Below, one piece after another: positions 19,353-30,879 of a stretch of 64,000 nt of DNA. The stretch's first letter is position 1. Each line of letters opens with the position of its first letter. The DNA lies in NCBI GenBank assembly GCA_963812605.1, contig CAWEWF010000004.1, positions 96,001 through 160,000 on the forward strand. The letters run 5' to 3'. The notes under the pieces are model-generated. The model saw only the letters and a program-made list of their open reading frames with translations, was not told where the DNA came from and searched no databases. This DNA comes from an uncultured Verrucomicrobiae bacterium (lineage in GTDB: Bacteria > Verrucomicrobiota > Verrucomicrobiia > Palsa-1439). A program made the position numbers and the translations under genes.

Positions 19353-21938
19353 TCAGGCGCGCTCGAACACCAGCGCCCCCGCCTGCTTCTTGTCCACATC
19401 CACGTTAATCTTGTCGCCTTCCTCGAATCTGCCGGAGAGGATCTCCATCGAGAGCGCATCCAGAATCCTTTTTTGGATAACACGCTTGAGCGGACGCGCG
19501 CCAAAGACCGGATCGTAACCCTCGCGCGCGATCAACTCTTTCGCCGCATCACTAACGCGGAGCGTAATGTTTTGGTCCGCGAGCCGCTTCTCGACGCGCC
19601 TGAGCTGGATCTCCACAATCCGCTGGATGTCCTCCCGGGTCAGTTGCTGAAACAGCACGATCTCATCCACGCGGTTGAGAAACTCAGGGCGAAAATGCGC
19701 GCGCAAGTCATCCATGACTTGTTGCCGCACCGTTTCGCTATCCGCTCGTCGCTCGGCGAAATACCGCGAGCCAAGATTACTGGTCATGATAATAACCGCA
19801 TTCTTGAAGTCCACGATCCGACCCTGCCCGTCCGTCAATCGTCCGTCGTCAAGGACCTGCAGCATCACATTGAATACATCGTGATGCGCCTTCTCAATCT
19901 CATCGAAGAGCACCACCGAATAGGGACGGCGTCGCACCGCTTCCGTCAATTGGCCGCCCTCTTCATATCCAACGTAACCCGGGGGCGCGCCAAGGAGCCG
20001 CGCAACCGTGTGTTTCTCCATGTACTCACTCATGTCGATGCGCACCATCGCGTTTTCGTCGTCGAAGAGAAACTCCGCCAGCGCGCGGGCCAGCTCCGTT
20101 TTGCCCACACCGGTCGGCCCGAGGAAGATAAACGAGCCCACGGGCCGATGGGGATCCTGCAGCCCGCTGCGCGCGCGGCGCACGGCATTCGACACGGCCA
20201 CAATCGCCTCCTTCTGTCCCACCACTCGCTGGCGCAGCCGTTCCTCCATATGAACCAGCTTCTCGCGCTCGCCCTCGACCAGCCGCGACACTGGAATGCC
20301 CGTCCACGTTGCCACGACCTTGGCCACGTCCTCCTCCGTGACCTCTTCGGTCAGCATTTTTCCAGTTTTTTGGAGCTTCGCCAGTTTCGCATCGGCCTCT
20401 TGAAGTTTCTTCTCCAACTCCGGCAGCCGCCCGTATTGGATCTCGCTGGCCTTTCCCAGATTCCCCTCGCGTTTCGCCTGCTCGATCTCCTCCTTCGACA
20501 TTTCCAGGGCTGACTTCAAGCTGCGAATCTCATCGACCACGCCCTTCTCATTCTGCCATTGCGTTTTCAGCTTCTTACCCTGCTCCTGGAGGTCGGCGAG
20601 TTCCTTCTCGAGCTTCTGCAAGCGCTCCTGGCTGACTTTGTCCCTCTCTTTCTTCAACGCCGCGCGCTCGATCTCCAATTGCATGACGCGCCGCTCAATC
20701 TGGTCGATTTCGGCCGGCAGGGAATCCAACTCGATCCGCAACCGCGAGGCCGCTTCGTCGATCAAGTCAATCGCCTTGTCCGGCAGGAACCGGTCCGCAA
20801 TGTAACGCTGTGAGAGGACGGCGGCGCTGACGAGCGCGCTGTCCTGGATGCGTACCCCATGGTGTACCTCGTAGCGTTCCTTCAATCCGCGCAGAATCGC
20901 AATCGTGTCTTCCACGGATGGTTCACCCACGAAAACCGGCTGAAACCGCCGCTCCAGCGCGGGATCTTTCTCGATATACTTGCGGTACTCGTCCAGGGTC
21001 GTGGCGCCGATCGTGTGCAGTTCGCCGCGAGCAAGCGCCGGCTTGAGCATGTTGGCCGCGTCCACGGGCGCGCCCTCAGCCTTGCCCGCGCCGACAATTG
21101 TGTGCAACTCGTCGATGAACAGGATGATCCCGCCTTCGCTCGCGATGACCTCCTTCAAGAAGGCCTTGAGCCGATCTTCAAACTCGCCGCGGTATTTTGC
21201 GCCGGCAAGCATCGCGCCAATGTCCATCGCGATCAGCCGCTTGCCCTTGAGACCTTCCGGTACGTCGCCGCTGACGATCCGCCGCGCCAAACCTTCCACG
21301 ATGGCCGTTTTGCCCACACCGGGGTCGCCGATGAGCACCGGATTGTTCTTGGTGCGACGGGAAAGCACCTGCATGACACGACGAATCTCGGTGTCGCGCC
21401 CGATGACCGGATCGAGCTTGCCGCGGCGGGCCTCCTCGGTCAGGTCACGCCCGTATTTGGTGAGCGACTGGTATTTATCCTCTGGATTCTGGTCGGTGAC
21501 TTGCGTGTTGCCCCGGACTTCGCGCAACGCCTTCAAAATGGCGGCGGTGGTCACCCCATACGGTTTGAGGAGGTTCGTTGTCTCAGCGATACCGAGGAGG
21601 ATATGTTCGGTGCTGACGAACTGGTCCTTGAGCTTGTCGGCTTGCGCGAAGGCGGCGTCGAGCGCAATGCGCAACGCTTTCCCGAGATAAATCTGCGTTG
21701 AATCGATGCCACGCACTTGCGGGCGGCGCTTCAACGGATCATCGAGCGAGTGCAAGACCGTATCGGGATTTGCGCCGAGTTTGTCGAGCAACGGACGCAC
21801 GAGTCCATCGGGTTGCTCGATTAGTGCGGATAGCATGTGCTCGCAATCAACCTCCTGGTGGTTGAGTTTTTGCGCCATCTCCTGCGCAGATTGCAGGGCC
21901 TCTTGGGCCTTGATCGTAAGTTTATCGAAGCGAATCAT
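19353..21938 (-). CDS. clpB: ATP-dependent chaperone ClpB
   Basis: Two AAA+ modules ([16 protein letters not shown]), coiled-coil middle domain, 861 aa. Confidence 0.97.
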   Translation of the reverse strand: MIRFDKLTIKAQEALQSAQEMAQKLNHQEVDCEHMLSALIEQPDGLVRPLLDKLGANPDTVLHSLDDPLKRRPQVRGIDSTQIYLGKALRIALDAAFAQADKLKDQFVSTEHILLGIAETTNLLKPYGVTTAAILKALREVRGNTQVTDQNPEDKYQSLTKYGRDLTEEARRGKLDPVIGRDTEIRRVMQVLSRRTKNNPVLIGDPGVGKTAIVEGLARRIVSGDVPEGLKGKRLIAMDIGAMLAGAKYRGEFEDRLKAFLKEVIASEGGIILFIDELHTIVGAGKAEGAPVDAANMLKPALARGELHTIGATTLDEYRKYIEKDPALERRFQPVFVGEPSVEDTIAILRGLKERYEVHHGVRIQDSALVSAAVLSQRYIADRFLPDKAIDLIDEAASRLRIELDSLPAEIDQIERRVMQLEIERAALKKERDKVSQERLQKLEKELADLQEQGKKLKTQWQNEKGVVDEIRSLKSALEMSKEEIEQAKREGNLGKASEIQYGRLPELEKKLQEADAKLAKLQKTGKMLTEEVTEEDVAKVVATWTGIPVSRLVEGEREKLVHMEERLRQRVVGQKEAIVAVSNAVRRARSGLQDPHRPVGSFIFLGPTGVGKTELARALAEFLFDDENAMVRIDMSEYMEKHTVARLLGAPPGYVGYEEGGQLTEAVRRRPYSVVLFDEIEKAHHDVFNVMLQVLDDGRLTDGQGRIVDFKNAVIIMTSNLGSRYFAERRADSETVRQQVMDDLRAHFRPEFLNRVDEIVLFQQLTREDIQRIVEIQLRRVEKRLADQNITLRVSDAAKELIAREGYDPVFGARPLKRVIQKRILDALSMEILSGRFEEGDKINVDVDKKQAGALVFERA

Positions 21939-22006
21939 GGGCCGGGTTTAGTCTAGCACCGGGACTGTCCTGATGCAAAAACTAACCGGGCGGGCGGGTT
22001 GATGCA

Positions 22007-23051
22007 CTAGGAAGCAGCGGTCAGGCGGGCGCGCAACTCGGCGAGTTGTTGCTCCAACTCGTGGAGCTTGGCGAGCGTCTCAGGAAGACGCTGGATGGCC
22101 GCGTTGACGCGTTTGAATTCCTTGTGAGGCATGGCCGGCGCCCCAAGCATCATTGCGCCGGCGGGCACATCCTTTGTAACACCCGCCTGCGCCATCACGA
22201 TGCTCTTGTCGCCGATGGTCAGATGCCCCGCAACGCCGACCTGGCCCGCGATGGTTACCTGGTTGCCAATAATAGTGCTGCCGGCGATGCCGACCAGTGC
22301 GCAGATCAGACAATGATCGCCGATGGCGCAGTTGTGGCCGATCTGGACGAGGTTGTCGATTTTCGTGCCTTCGCCCACGCGGGTGCGGCCGAAGCGACCA
22401 CGGTCGATGGTCGTGTTGGCGCCGATCTCAACGTCATTCCCAATCTCAACGTGACCAACCTGGGGAATCTTCCGGTGCTTGCCCCCCACCGTCTCAAAGC
22501 CAAAACCGTCCGCGCCTAACACCACCCCACAATGCAGAATCACGCGGTCCCCCACGATTGTCCGTTCCCGCAGGCTGACGCGAGCGTATAACAGGCAATC
22601 CGCGCCCAAACGGCTCTCGTGGCCGATGTAGCTGCCCGCCCCGATGACGGTCCGGTCGCCGATAATAACACCATCTTCAATGACGGCATGCGGTTGAATA
22701 GAGAACGTCTCTCCCAAGTCTGGCCGTGGGTGCGACGATCGCCGTCGGATGGGCACCGGGTTTGTAAGATACCGCGTGTGGCGCAACCTGCGCGGCCAGC
22801 CTGACAAAGGCCTCTGAAGGATTGTCGACACGGATAAGCGCGCCGCCAAATGTTACATCCATGTCCGGGGCAACAATCAGGACGGAAGCGCGCGTCGTTT
22901 TGACAGCGGGTTGGTATTTCGGGCTGGCAACGAAGCTGACATCGCCGGGCACGGCCTCGCGTATGCCCGCGAGACCAGTCACCAACTGCTCGGGGTCGCC
23001 CGCCAGCGCACCCCCCACCATGTGCGCAATATCACGCGCCTTTAGCTGCAC
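22007..23051 (-). CDS. lpxD: UDP-3-O-(3-hydroxymyristoyl)glucosamine N-acyltransferase (frameshift near 22710)
   Basis: N-terminal LpxD domain plus hexapeptide repeats; [24 protein letters not shown]. Confidence 0.93.
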
Positions 23052-23053
23052 AT

Positions 23054-23679
23054 TTACTTCTTGTCGTCCTTCTTCTCAACGGGCTTGGGCGTCTCTGCCG
23101 TCTTTGGCTGGTTCTTGTTCAAGACCTTGATGATCTCGTCAGTGATGTCCAGTGAATCCTGGCTATACAAAATGGTCGGGACGGCGTTGGCCGTGTTGCC
23201 CGACTTGTCGAGCACAAGTTGGTAGCCAGCGTCGCGCGATTCCTTGTCAATAACGTCCTGGATTTCCTTGAGGATCGTTTGACGCATGCGCAATTGCTGG
23301 TCCTGGAGGATCTTGCCGTGACCTGTGCGGTAGTCGTCAATATCGCGTTGGATCTTCTGGGTTTCCGCGAGTTTTTCCGAGACAGCCTTGCGCTTTTGGT
23401 CGCGGACCTCGGCGGTGTACTCTGGCTTGTCCTGGTCCTCGCGCAGCTTGTTCAGGTCTTCGATCTCCTTCTTGTAATTGTCGACCATTTCATTGAGTTC
23501 CTTGTTGAAGGACTCGGCCGTATCCTTGATCTTGCCCGAAGCGATGGGTGTCTTGTAGTAATCGGTAAAGACCTTGTTCAGGTCAATCGTGACGATGCGC
23601 CCCCCGGCGCCTGCGCCGACGCGGTGAGCGCCAGCGCCACGAAACTCACGGCCATGAATGCGACAATTGTATTTTTCAT
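23054..23679 (-). CDS. skp: OmpH/Skp periplasmic chaperone (frameshift just after signal peptide)
   Basis: Signal MKNTIVAFMAVSFVALALTASAQA, then IVTIDLNKVF, coiled coil, GYQLVLDKS and DITDEII; located between bamA and lpxD. Confidence 0.9.
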
Positions 23680-23737
23680 GTTGTTCACGCAACCTTCCCT
23701 TTATTTTTATTCTTGGTAATTTGTGCCGCCCAGTCTA

Positions 23738-26107
23738 TCAGAACTGGTAGCCGACACTAAACTGAATTTTTCCGGTTCTTCCGGACGATTTGTCTGTCAT
23801 GATTGGGTAGCCGTAATCCAGGCGCAACGGCCCAATGGGCAAATTAAGCCGCACCCCCATACCCGCGTCTGATTTCATACCACTAAAGCTAAAATCATAC
23901 GCATTCTGGTACACGTTGCCGATATCAAAAAAGAGGGCCCCGCGCATCCGTTCGACGATCGGATAAGTGTACTCCGCCGTGGCGTTCACAAAACTATTCC
24001 CGCCAATGGGTTGGTTATCGCCGTCTTTCGGGCTGACTTGGCGAAACGCGAAACCACGCAACGTGTTGGCGCCACCAAGGAAGTAACGGTCGAAGATCGG
24101 CACGGGGTCAATCGCGCGCATCACCGTGCTGGTCACCCCGCCGCTGTGCACGGTTTCGATCACATTCGACGCGCTACTGCGGGTTGCGCCAAAGGAATCC
24201 ACCACGCCCGCCGCGCCAACCAATTGCAATACCTGCTTGTCAAAGAATGGAAAATAGAACGACGTCTTGGCGTTCAGTTTGTAATCGGAAACATTGCCTC
24301 CCATCGGCCCGCCAGCCAGTTCCGCGCTCACCTCCGTGCGATTGCCCCGAGTGGTCAGGAACACGCTGTCCCGCGTGTCATAGATGAGCGTTCCCGTGAT
24401 CGAACTACGCGTGTGCGATCCGTCCTGCGACTGCAGTTCCTGGGAAGCGATGTGGTCCACGCTCAAGTCAATGCTCTGAATGCCATATTCGATTCGTCCG
24501 CGGATAAAATCGTTCAAAGCTTTTTCCAGCCACAAATCGATACCGGTCCGCTGTTCGCTGTATTCGGAACTCAAGAAGGAGCTATTATGGTGAAACGCAT
24601 CGAAACCCAGGGACAGTTTCTGGTCGAGGAACCAGGGCTCAACGAACGAGAGGACTTCGTCCTGCCTCTTGAAGCCCACTTGCAGGCGCAAGCGCAGCTT
24701 CTCGCCGCCGCCCGTGAAACTCGGCCAATTGAAAAGATCGAAATTGCCCTGGGTGATCTCGACGAAACCGAGCAGACTGTCGATAGAACTGAATCCCGCG
24801 CCAAAGGTAACCGAACCCGTGCGCTGCTCCTCCAAATTGAGTGCCAAATCCTTGCGGTTCGGCACCTCGGTAGGCTCGGGGGTGGCTTCAACCTTCGAAA
24901 AATAACCGAGGTTCTTGAGGCGTTCGACGCTCCGATCCACTTTCACGGTATCGTAGATCTCCCCCGGGTTGACCGCCAACTCGCGGCGAATCACCTTGTC
25001 CTTCGTCTTGGTGTTACCGCGAATCTCGATCTTCTCAATGTACGTCAATTCCCCTTCGTGGACCGAATACGTCATGTCGATGCGGCCGGTCTCGACGTTC
25101 GGCACGCGAACCGGGCGCACGCTTGTGTCCAGATACCCACGCGTGCCGTAGTAGTCTTCCAGCGCCTTCTGGTCGGCTGCCATGGCCTTGGGCGTAAACG
25201 TTTTCCCCGAGGTCATCTTGACGTGTTTCTCGAGGTCCGCTGTCGGGAAGAGTTTGTTCCCCTCAATCGTGACGGTACCCACCTTGTACTGCGAGCCTTC
25301 GTAAAGATCGATGGTGATCACCATCCACTTGGCGCCGACCCGCTCCGTATGCGTGCCGCGGATTTCCATGTCGATGTAACCGTTGGAGTCATAGTAGTCG
25401 CGAAGTTTATCGAGGTCTTCCTTGAAGTCCTCTTCCTTCAGCACGCCGGTGCTGGCGAACCACGAACCCCACCAGTGGCGCCGCGTCTTCATGATTTTCA
25501 ACAGCCGGTCGTCGGGGAAAGCCTTGTTGCCGGTGAATTTGATCTGCTTGATGAACACCCGTTCGCCTTCATACACCTTGAATTTCAGGATGGCCTTGCC
25601 GGTGTCCTTGTCGATGCTGACTTCGTAGGTAACCTTGCTATCCGGGTAGCCAGCCTTCTGGTAAAGATCCTGCATCTTGCGGGCGTCATCGTGGGCTTTG
25701 CGCTCATCCAGGCTGTCCCCCACTTTCTGGCTGTACTCGCGCTTCAGGCGTTCTTCCTTGAAGCGCTTGTTCCCTTCCATGATGATCTCTTTGATGGTGG
25801 CCTTGCCCTGCACCTGGAAGACCACCCGCACGCCATCCACCACCGGTTCCTCCAGCACCCGCACATCATAGAAGTAACCGGTATTGATCAGGTTGCGGAC
25901 GTCCTGTTCGATCATTTCCCGGGTGCGCGGTTTGCCAACCGCTGTCTGGATATTCGCCATCACCACCGCGCGGTTGACTGTTTCGGGACCGCTGAACCGC
26001 ACTTCGATCTCACGGACAATGGCCTCCTCGGGTGCCTGCGCCCAGGAAAGCGTACTCGGAACAACGGCGGCGAAGAATATGAGGAGTCCCCATTGCAACC
26101 ACCTCAT
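23738..26107 (-). CDS. bamA: Outer membrane protein assembly factor BamA
   Basis: POTRA repeats (GNTKTKDKVIRRE), LGGANTLRGF, C-terminal FSVGYQF. Confidence 0.96.
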   Translation of the reverse strand: MRWLQWGLLIFFAAVVPSTLSWAQAPEEAIVREIEVRFSGPETVNRAVVMANIQTAVGKPRTREMIEQDVRNLINTGYFYDVRVLEEPVVDGVRVVFQVQGKATIKEIIMEGNKRFKEERLKREYSQKVGDSLDERKAHDDARKMQDLYQKAGYPDSKVTYEVSIDKDTGKAILKFKVYEGERVFIKQIKFTGNKAFPDDRLLKIMKTRRHWWGSWFASTGVLKEEDFKEDLDKLRDYYDSNGYIDMEIRGTHTERVGAKWMVITIDLYEGSQYKVGTVTIEGNKLFPTADLEKHVKMTSGKTFTPKAMAADQKALEDYYGTRGYLDTSVRPVRVPNVETGRIDMTYSVHEGELTYIEKIEIRGNTKTKDKVIRRELAVNPGEIYDTVKVDRSVERLKNLGYFSKVEATPEPTEVPNRKDLALNLEEQRTGSVTFGAGFSSIDSLLGFVEITQGNFDLFNWPSFTGGGEKLRLRLQVGFKRQDEVLSFVEPWFLDQKLSLGFDAFHHNSSFLSSEYSEQRTGIDLWLEKALNDFIRGRIEYGIQSIDLSVDHIASQELQSQDGSHTRSSITGTLIYDTRDSVFLTTRGNRTEVSAELAGGPMGGNVSDYKLNAKTSFYFPFFDKQVLQLVGAAGVVDSFGATRSSASNVIETVHSGGVTSTVMRAIDPVPIFDRYFLGGANTLRGFAFRQVSPKDGDNQPIGGNSFVNATAEYTYPIVERMRGALFFDIGNVYQNAYDFSFSGMKSDAGMGVRLNLPIGPLRLDYGYPIMTDKSSGRTGKIQFSVGYQF

Positions 26108-27606
26108 TCCTCGCCCCCTTGACTGCCCGGAATATCTTCTTCGTTCACCAGCGCCTGGTCCTCAAACCTTGTGTATTCGCTCAGGAAAGTCAGGTGCACG
26201 TCGCCCGTCGGACCGTTGCGCTGCTTCGCGATAACGAGAATGGCTTTGCCTTTTTCGGCGGCCTTGTCCCCTTCCTCCTCCGCGTAAACTTCGGGACGGA
26301 CCAACAGACCCACCACGTCGGCGTCCTGTTCAATCGCACCGGACTCCCGCAGGTCCGCCAGTTTGGGGCGGCCACCTTCGCGTTGTTCGGGTTGGCGGTT
26401 GAGCTGGCTCAGCACGATGATCGGAATCTTCAATTCCTTCGCCAGCGCTTTTACACCCGCCGAAATGTCCGCAATTTCCACCTGGCGGCTGAGATCGGCC
26501 CGACGCGACGGCGCCCGCATCAACTGCATATAGTCGATGATCAACAACCGAATGTCGTGCTGCTGCTTCATTCGGCGGGCGCGGGCGCGCACTTGATTGA
26601 TCGAAAGACCAGCCGAGTCGTCAATGAACAACGGCGCTTTCATCAACTGGCTGGCGGCGGTGGTCAGCGGGTGAAAATCCCGTTCACTGAGGAATCCGTC
26701 GCGAATCTTGCGCAGGTTCACTTTCGCCTTGGAGCACAACATGCGTTTGACCAGTTCTTCCGACGACATTTCCAGGCTGAACACCCCGACCGGGATATTG
26801 TGATCGATCGCGCAGTTCTCGGCGATGTTCATCGCCAACGCCGTCTTGCCCATCGATGGGCGCGCCGCAATCACGATCATCTGGCCGTTGTGCAGCCCGG
26901 AGGTCATCCGGTCCAATCCCCGGAAACCCGTGGGGATGCCACTGATCGCGCCGCGCTGGTCATACAACTTCTCGATGCTGGCCATCGCGTCCTTGATCAT
27001 GTCGCGGACAGGGCGCGCGCCGGTGGCCGTCTTCTCCGCCGTGATCTCAAAAATCTGTTGCTCGACCTCGTCGATCCACGTCTTTACGTCATCCTGCTGT
27101 TCGAACGAGCGGGCGATGACGTCGTGCGCTGCGCCGATCAACTGGCGCAGCAGATGTTTCTCCCAAACAATATCGATGTAATGCTCGACGTTGGCCGTGG
27201 TCGGCACGCGAGAAACCAAATCATAGAGATAGACGGGACCGCCGATCGCTTCGAGTTGGTTCTTGTCCTGTAACCGTTGCGTGAGCGTGATGGTGTCGAT
27301 CGCCTGCATGGCGTCCTGTAACGCGGCGATCTCGCGGAAGATAACGCAATGGGCGGCGTGGTAAAAATGGTTTTCGCTCAGGCGCTCGCGCACCAGTGAG
27401 CCGGCTTCCGCCGGACTGAGCAACATCGCGCCGAGCACCGCCATCTCGGCGTCCAGACTGTTGGGAAGAACACGGTCGAGGATAAGCGACGGCGTCGCTT
27501 TGGATTTCCCAAGAGGCTGCGCCTTTCCCGGGCCAAAATTCCGTGCGGCACCGGCCCCTCCGCTTTGGCCGGCGCTTTCGGATGCGAGAGGGTTGGTCGA
27601 AGCCAT
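26104..27606 (-). CDS. dnaB: Replicative DNA helicase
   Basis: AARPSMGKT, IDYMQL, LSQLNR, DLRESGAIEQDAD, KQRNGPTG. Confidence 0.97.
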   Translation of the reverse strand: MASTNPLASESAGQSGGAGAARNFGPGKAQPLGKSKATPSLILDRVLPNSLDAEMAVLGAMLLSPAEAGSLVRERLSENHFYHAAHCVIFREIAALQDAMQAIDTITLTQRLQDKNQLEAIGGPVYLYDLVSRVPTTANVEHYIDIVWEKHLLRQLIGAAHDVIARSFEQQDDVKTWIDEVEQQIFEITAEKTATGARPVRDMIKDAMASIEKLYDQRGAISGIPTGFRGLDRMTSGLHNGQMIVIAARPSMGKTALAMNIAENCAIDHNIPVGVFSLEMSSEELVKRMLCSKAKVNLRKIRDGFLSERDFHPLTTAASQLMKAPLFIDDSAGLSINQVRARARRMKQQHDIRLLIIDYMQLMRAPSRRADLSRQVEIADISAGVKALAKELKIPIIVLSQLNRQPEQREGGRPKLADLRESGAIEQDADVVGLLVRPEVYAEEEGDKAAEKGKAILVIAKQRNGPTGDVHLTFLSEYTRFEDQALVNEEDIPGSQGGEE

Positions 27607-27632
27607 ATAGCCGTCCCCACAAACTCTTGCGG

Positions 27633-28166
27633 CTATTTCTTCTTATCGGCTTTCGGTGTCTTCCGGCCAGCTTTTTCGTCCGAAGACTTGGATTTCGCGG
27701 CCGCCGCCCCTTCGCCCTCCGGGCCGACAACCCAAATCTTCACCTTCGTCACCACCTCGGCATGCAACTTCACATCCACGTCGTACACACCCAATTCGCG
27801 AATCGGGTGCTCGATCGCAATCTTGCGCCGATCCACCTCGATGCCTTCCTTTTTCAACGCATCGGAGATATCGGCGGAGGTCACGGAGCCATAGAGCTTG
27901 CCGTCCTCACCCGCCGCGGCGCTGATGGTGTACGATTGTTTCGTCAGTTTGGTGACGGTGGCCTTCGCGTCATCCAGTTGCGCGGCCAGGGTGGCCTCGC
28001 GCTTCTTCTGCAGCGACCCCACGCGGCGCAGGTTGCCGGCCGTCGCCGGCATGGCCAGGCCTTTCGGGAACAGATAGTTTCTGGCGTAGCCGTCGGCGAC
28101 CGCAATCGTGTCCCCTTCGGCCCCGAGGTTCTCAACGGGAGCGGTCAAAATAATCTGCGTACTCAT
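27633..28166 (-). CDS. rplI: 50S ribosomal protein L9
   Basis: VADGYARNYLFP, GKLYGSVT. Confidence 0.96.
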   Translation of the reverse strand: MSTQIILTAPVENLGAEGDTIAVADGYARNYLFPKGLAMPATAGNLRRVGSLQKKREATLAAQLDDAKATVTKLTKQSYTISAAAGEDGKLYGSVTSADISDALKKEGIEVDRRKIAIEHPIRELGVYDVDVKLHAEVVTKVKIWVVGPEGEGAAAAKSKSSDEKAGRKTPKADKKK

Positions 28167-28184
28167 GATGTTGGTAACTCCATC

Positions 28185-28451
28185 CTATCGTACCAGCAAC
28201 ATCACCCGCGCGCGCTTGATCGCGGTGGCGAGCTGACGCTGATGTTTGGCGCAATTGCCCGAAATTCGGCGCGGCAGAATCTTGCCGCGTTCGGTCATGA
28301 ACTTCTTCAGCAAGTCCGACTGTTTGAAGTCGATATCGATCTGGTCAATGCACAACTTGCAGTCGCGCTTGACGATGATATCGCGCTTGTTCCTTCGGCC
28401 TTCCGGACCGCCTTCACGGCTGTCGCGGCTGTCAAAATTTCTCTCCATCAT
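28185..28451 (-). CDS. rpsR: 30S ribosomal protein S18
   Basis: [35 protein letters not shown]. Confidence 0.96.
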   Translation of the reverse strand: MMERNFDSRDSREGGPEGRRNKRDIIVKRDCKLCIDQIDIDFKQSDLLKKFMTERGKILPRRISGNCAKHQRQLATAIKRARVMLLVR

Positions 28452-28499
28452 CTGTTGGTCTTCCTATCCTGAATGAATGATTGTGATTCCTGCTGTCGC

Positions 28500-28990
28500 C
28501 TAAAAGGGAATATTGTCGTCCTCGGCTGCCGGCGGCGTATCCGATTCCGCAGGGTCACGCGCCGGTGGCGCGGCGGGCCGGGCGCTGCGACGGCCGGTCG
28601 CGCTGGCGCCGCGCCTGTGGCCGCGGGCCCTTCATCCTTGAATTCCGCCCCGCCCCGAGGCGCGCCAAGGAATTGCACGCGTTCGGCCACTACTTTCAGC
28701 TTGTTGCGCTTCTGGCCGGACTCCTTGTCCTCCCAGCTATCCAATTTCAAGCGCCCTTCGATGAACACGGGCCGGCCCTTCGAGAGGTACTGACCGGCCG
28801 TTTCCGCCTGGCGACCCCACACTTCAATATCGACGAACGTGACCTCTTCCTTCTGTTCGCCACTCTCGGTCGTGTAAACACGGTTGACCGCCAGGCCGAG
28901 GTTCGCGAGCGCCGTGCCTTTGGGCGTGTACTTCACTTCCGGATCGCGCGTCAGGTTGCCCATCAACAGCACTTTGTTATAAGAGGCCAT
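28500..28990 (-). CDS. ssb: Single-stranded DNA-binding protein (frameshift in linker)
   Basis: NKVLLMGNLTRDPE OB fold; acidic tip EDDNIPF* in another frame, ending at 28500. Confidence 0.95.
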
Positions 28991-28995
28991 GTCGC

Positions 28996-29337
28996 TTAGT
29001 TCTCAACCACGCCCGTCGTCGGGATCCGGCGCGGCTTGCGCGGCGGCGGTTCCGGCGGCTGTACCGAAAGCTCCCAGCGGAAAATCTCGGGATCCAGGTG
29101 GAACTTCGCATCCAACTCGGCGATGGCTGTCGGCGGCGCATTGAAAACGAAATTCAGGTAGAACCCGGAACTGCGCTTTTTCGTGTCGCGCGCAAACTGG
29201 CGCGCGCCCATGCGCTGCACCTTGTCCACCCGCCCGCCGGCGTGTTCGATGTTCTTCTGGATCTTGTCCACGAGTTCCTTCGACACCTCTTCCTTACCAG
29301 CGGCGTCCACAATAAACAATCCTTCGTATGTCTTCAA
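28996..29337 (-). CDS. rpsF: 30S ribosomal protein S6
   Basis: YEGLFIV..GGRV..G.RQFA..SGFY; rpsF-ssb-rpsR-rplI order. Confidence 0.92.
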   Translation of the reverse strand: MKTYEGLFIVDAAGKEEVSKELVDKIQKNIEHAGGRVDKVQRMGARQFARDTKKRSSGFYLNFVFNAPPTAIAELDAKFHLDPEIFRWELSVQPPEPPPRKPRRIPTTGVVEN

Positions 29338-29361
29338 CGTCCTCTCCTTCTCATGCCCGCG

Positions 29362-29961
29362 TCAATCCGCGGACTTTTTCCGATTAAACTGATTCATCGC
29401 CTCCGTGAGACCCTCGCGCAGGCAACAATCGACCGCCTCCACGGCTGTCGCGACCGCCTGTTCGGCCAACTCGCGCTCCGCCGGGGCAAACCGCCCGAGC
29501 ACATGTCCCGAAATATCCGCCCCCAAGGGCGCGCTCCGTCCAATCCCAACCCGCAACCGCGCAAATTCCTCGTTGCCGCCAAGCGTCTCGATGATCGAGC
29601 GCAATCCGTTATGGCCACCGCTGCCACCCGCGATGCGCAACCGAATCTGCCCAAGCGGCAGGTCGGCGTCGTCCACCACAATCAATAACTGCGCCGGCTC
29701 GATCTTGAGCCACCGCAACAACGCGTTGACCGCCGTGCCACTGCGGTTCATGTAGGCCTGCGGTTTGGCCAGCACCACTTTGCCGGCACCGCCGACTGCG
29801 GCTTCGGCGATCTTCGCCGAGAACCGCCATTTGCTTCGAAAAGAACAATCGAACTTCTCCGCCAGCCGATCCAGCACCGCGAACCCGATGTTGTGGCGCG
29901 TGCCTTCATACTCTTTGCCGGGATTGCCCAGCCCCACCACCAGCTTTGGCCTGGCCGACAC
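29362..29961 (-). CDS. pth: Peptidyl-tRNA hydrolase
   Basis: LVVGLGNPGKEYEGTRHNIGF, KPQAYMNRSG, GGHNGLRS. Confidence 0.96.
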   Translation of the reverse strand: MSARPKLVVGLGNPGKEYEGTRHNIGFAVLDRLAEKFDCSFRSKWRFSAKIAEAAVGGAGKVVLAKPQAYMNRSGTAVNALLRWLKIEPAQLLIVVDDADLPLGQIRLRIAGGSGGHNGLRSIIETLGGNEEFARLRVGIGRSAPLGADISGHVLGRFAPAERELAEQAVATAVEAVDCCLREGLTEAMNQFNRKKSAD

Positions 29962-29982
29962 AGTGGTGTCGTCCTGCTTCCG

Positions 29983-30826
29983 CTACTTCTTGGCTTCGGG
30001 TTTGCCGCCCGCCGGTTTGGCCTCGGGCTTCGCGCCTGCCCGGAGCCTTGCCAGCGGCCGCGGGAGCTTTCGCATCCGCCTTGCCGGTCGCTGCGGGAGC
30101 CTTGGCATCGGCCTTGCCGGCTTCCGCCTTCGGCTTGGCTTCGCCTTCGACAACCGCGCCTTCTTCGCCTTCTTCCTTCTTCGCCGTAAGGACCTCGGGC
30201 TCGGTCGACGGGGTCGCCGCCGCCGCCTCGGTCATCGCTGCCAATTCTTCTTCCGTGATCGGCGCGGCGACGAGGAACACCGTCTGCCCCTTGTCGTCCA
30301 GCAACGCCACGCCATTCGGTGGCGTAATATCGCCGACATGAATGCTCTGTCCGATCTCCAGCTTCTCCACATTGACCTCGATAAGGTCGGGCAAATCCTG
30401 CGGCAAGCATTCCACGTGCAATTCGCGCATGACGAATTCGAGCACGCCGCCGCCCGTCTTCACGCCCGCCGGTTCGCCGGCCGGCCGAACGGGTACGCTC
30501 GTGCGCAGTTTCTCCGTCGCCAGCACTTCATGGAAATCAATGTGCAGGATGGCATCCTTGTAAGGGTGATGCTGCACTTCCTGGATCAAGGTCAGGCGGT
30601 TGTTCGTCTTGCCACCCTCTTCCAGTTGCAAGTCCACCAGCACGTTCTCGCTGGTGGCGCTGTGGAGCGCCCTCTCCAACTCTTTGACCGCAACCGTAAT
30701 GTTGATCGGCTTCATGTGTGCGCCGTAAATGACACCCGGGACCGCTCCCTGGTCCCGCATCCGCTTCACCGCTCCCTTGCCGATCTCGGCCCGGGACTTT
30801 GCTTTTAATTGTACTCTTTGTGCCAT
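29983..30826 (-). CDS. rplY: 50S ribosomal protein L25/Ctc with Ala/Lys/Glu-rich tail (frameshift in tail)
   Basis: VPGVIYG, QEVQHHP..HIDF, GVKTGGGVL, LPDLIEVNV. Confidence 0.94.
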
Positions 30827-30879
30827 GGCAACTTTCTCCTCAAATCAAAACGACTGACTGTGAAATTATTCCTCCGCGC

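Noticed and set aside
24011-26122. Long antisense ORFs (e.g. 24011..26122, 10347..11912, 19290..20513, 47899..49107)
   Set aside because: Shadow frames of highly conserved genes in GC-rich DNA, with no recognisable domains.
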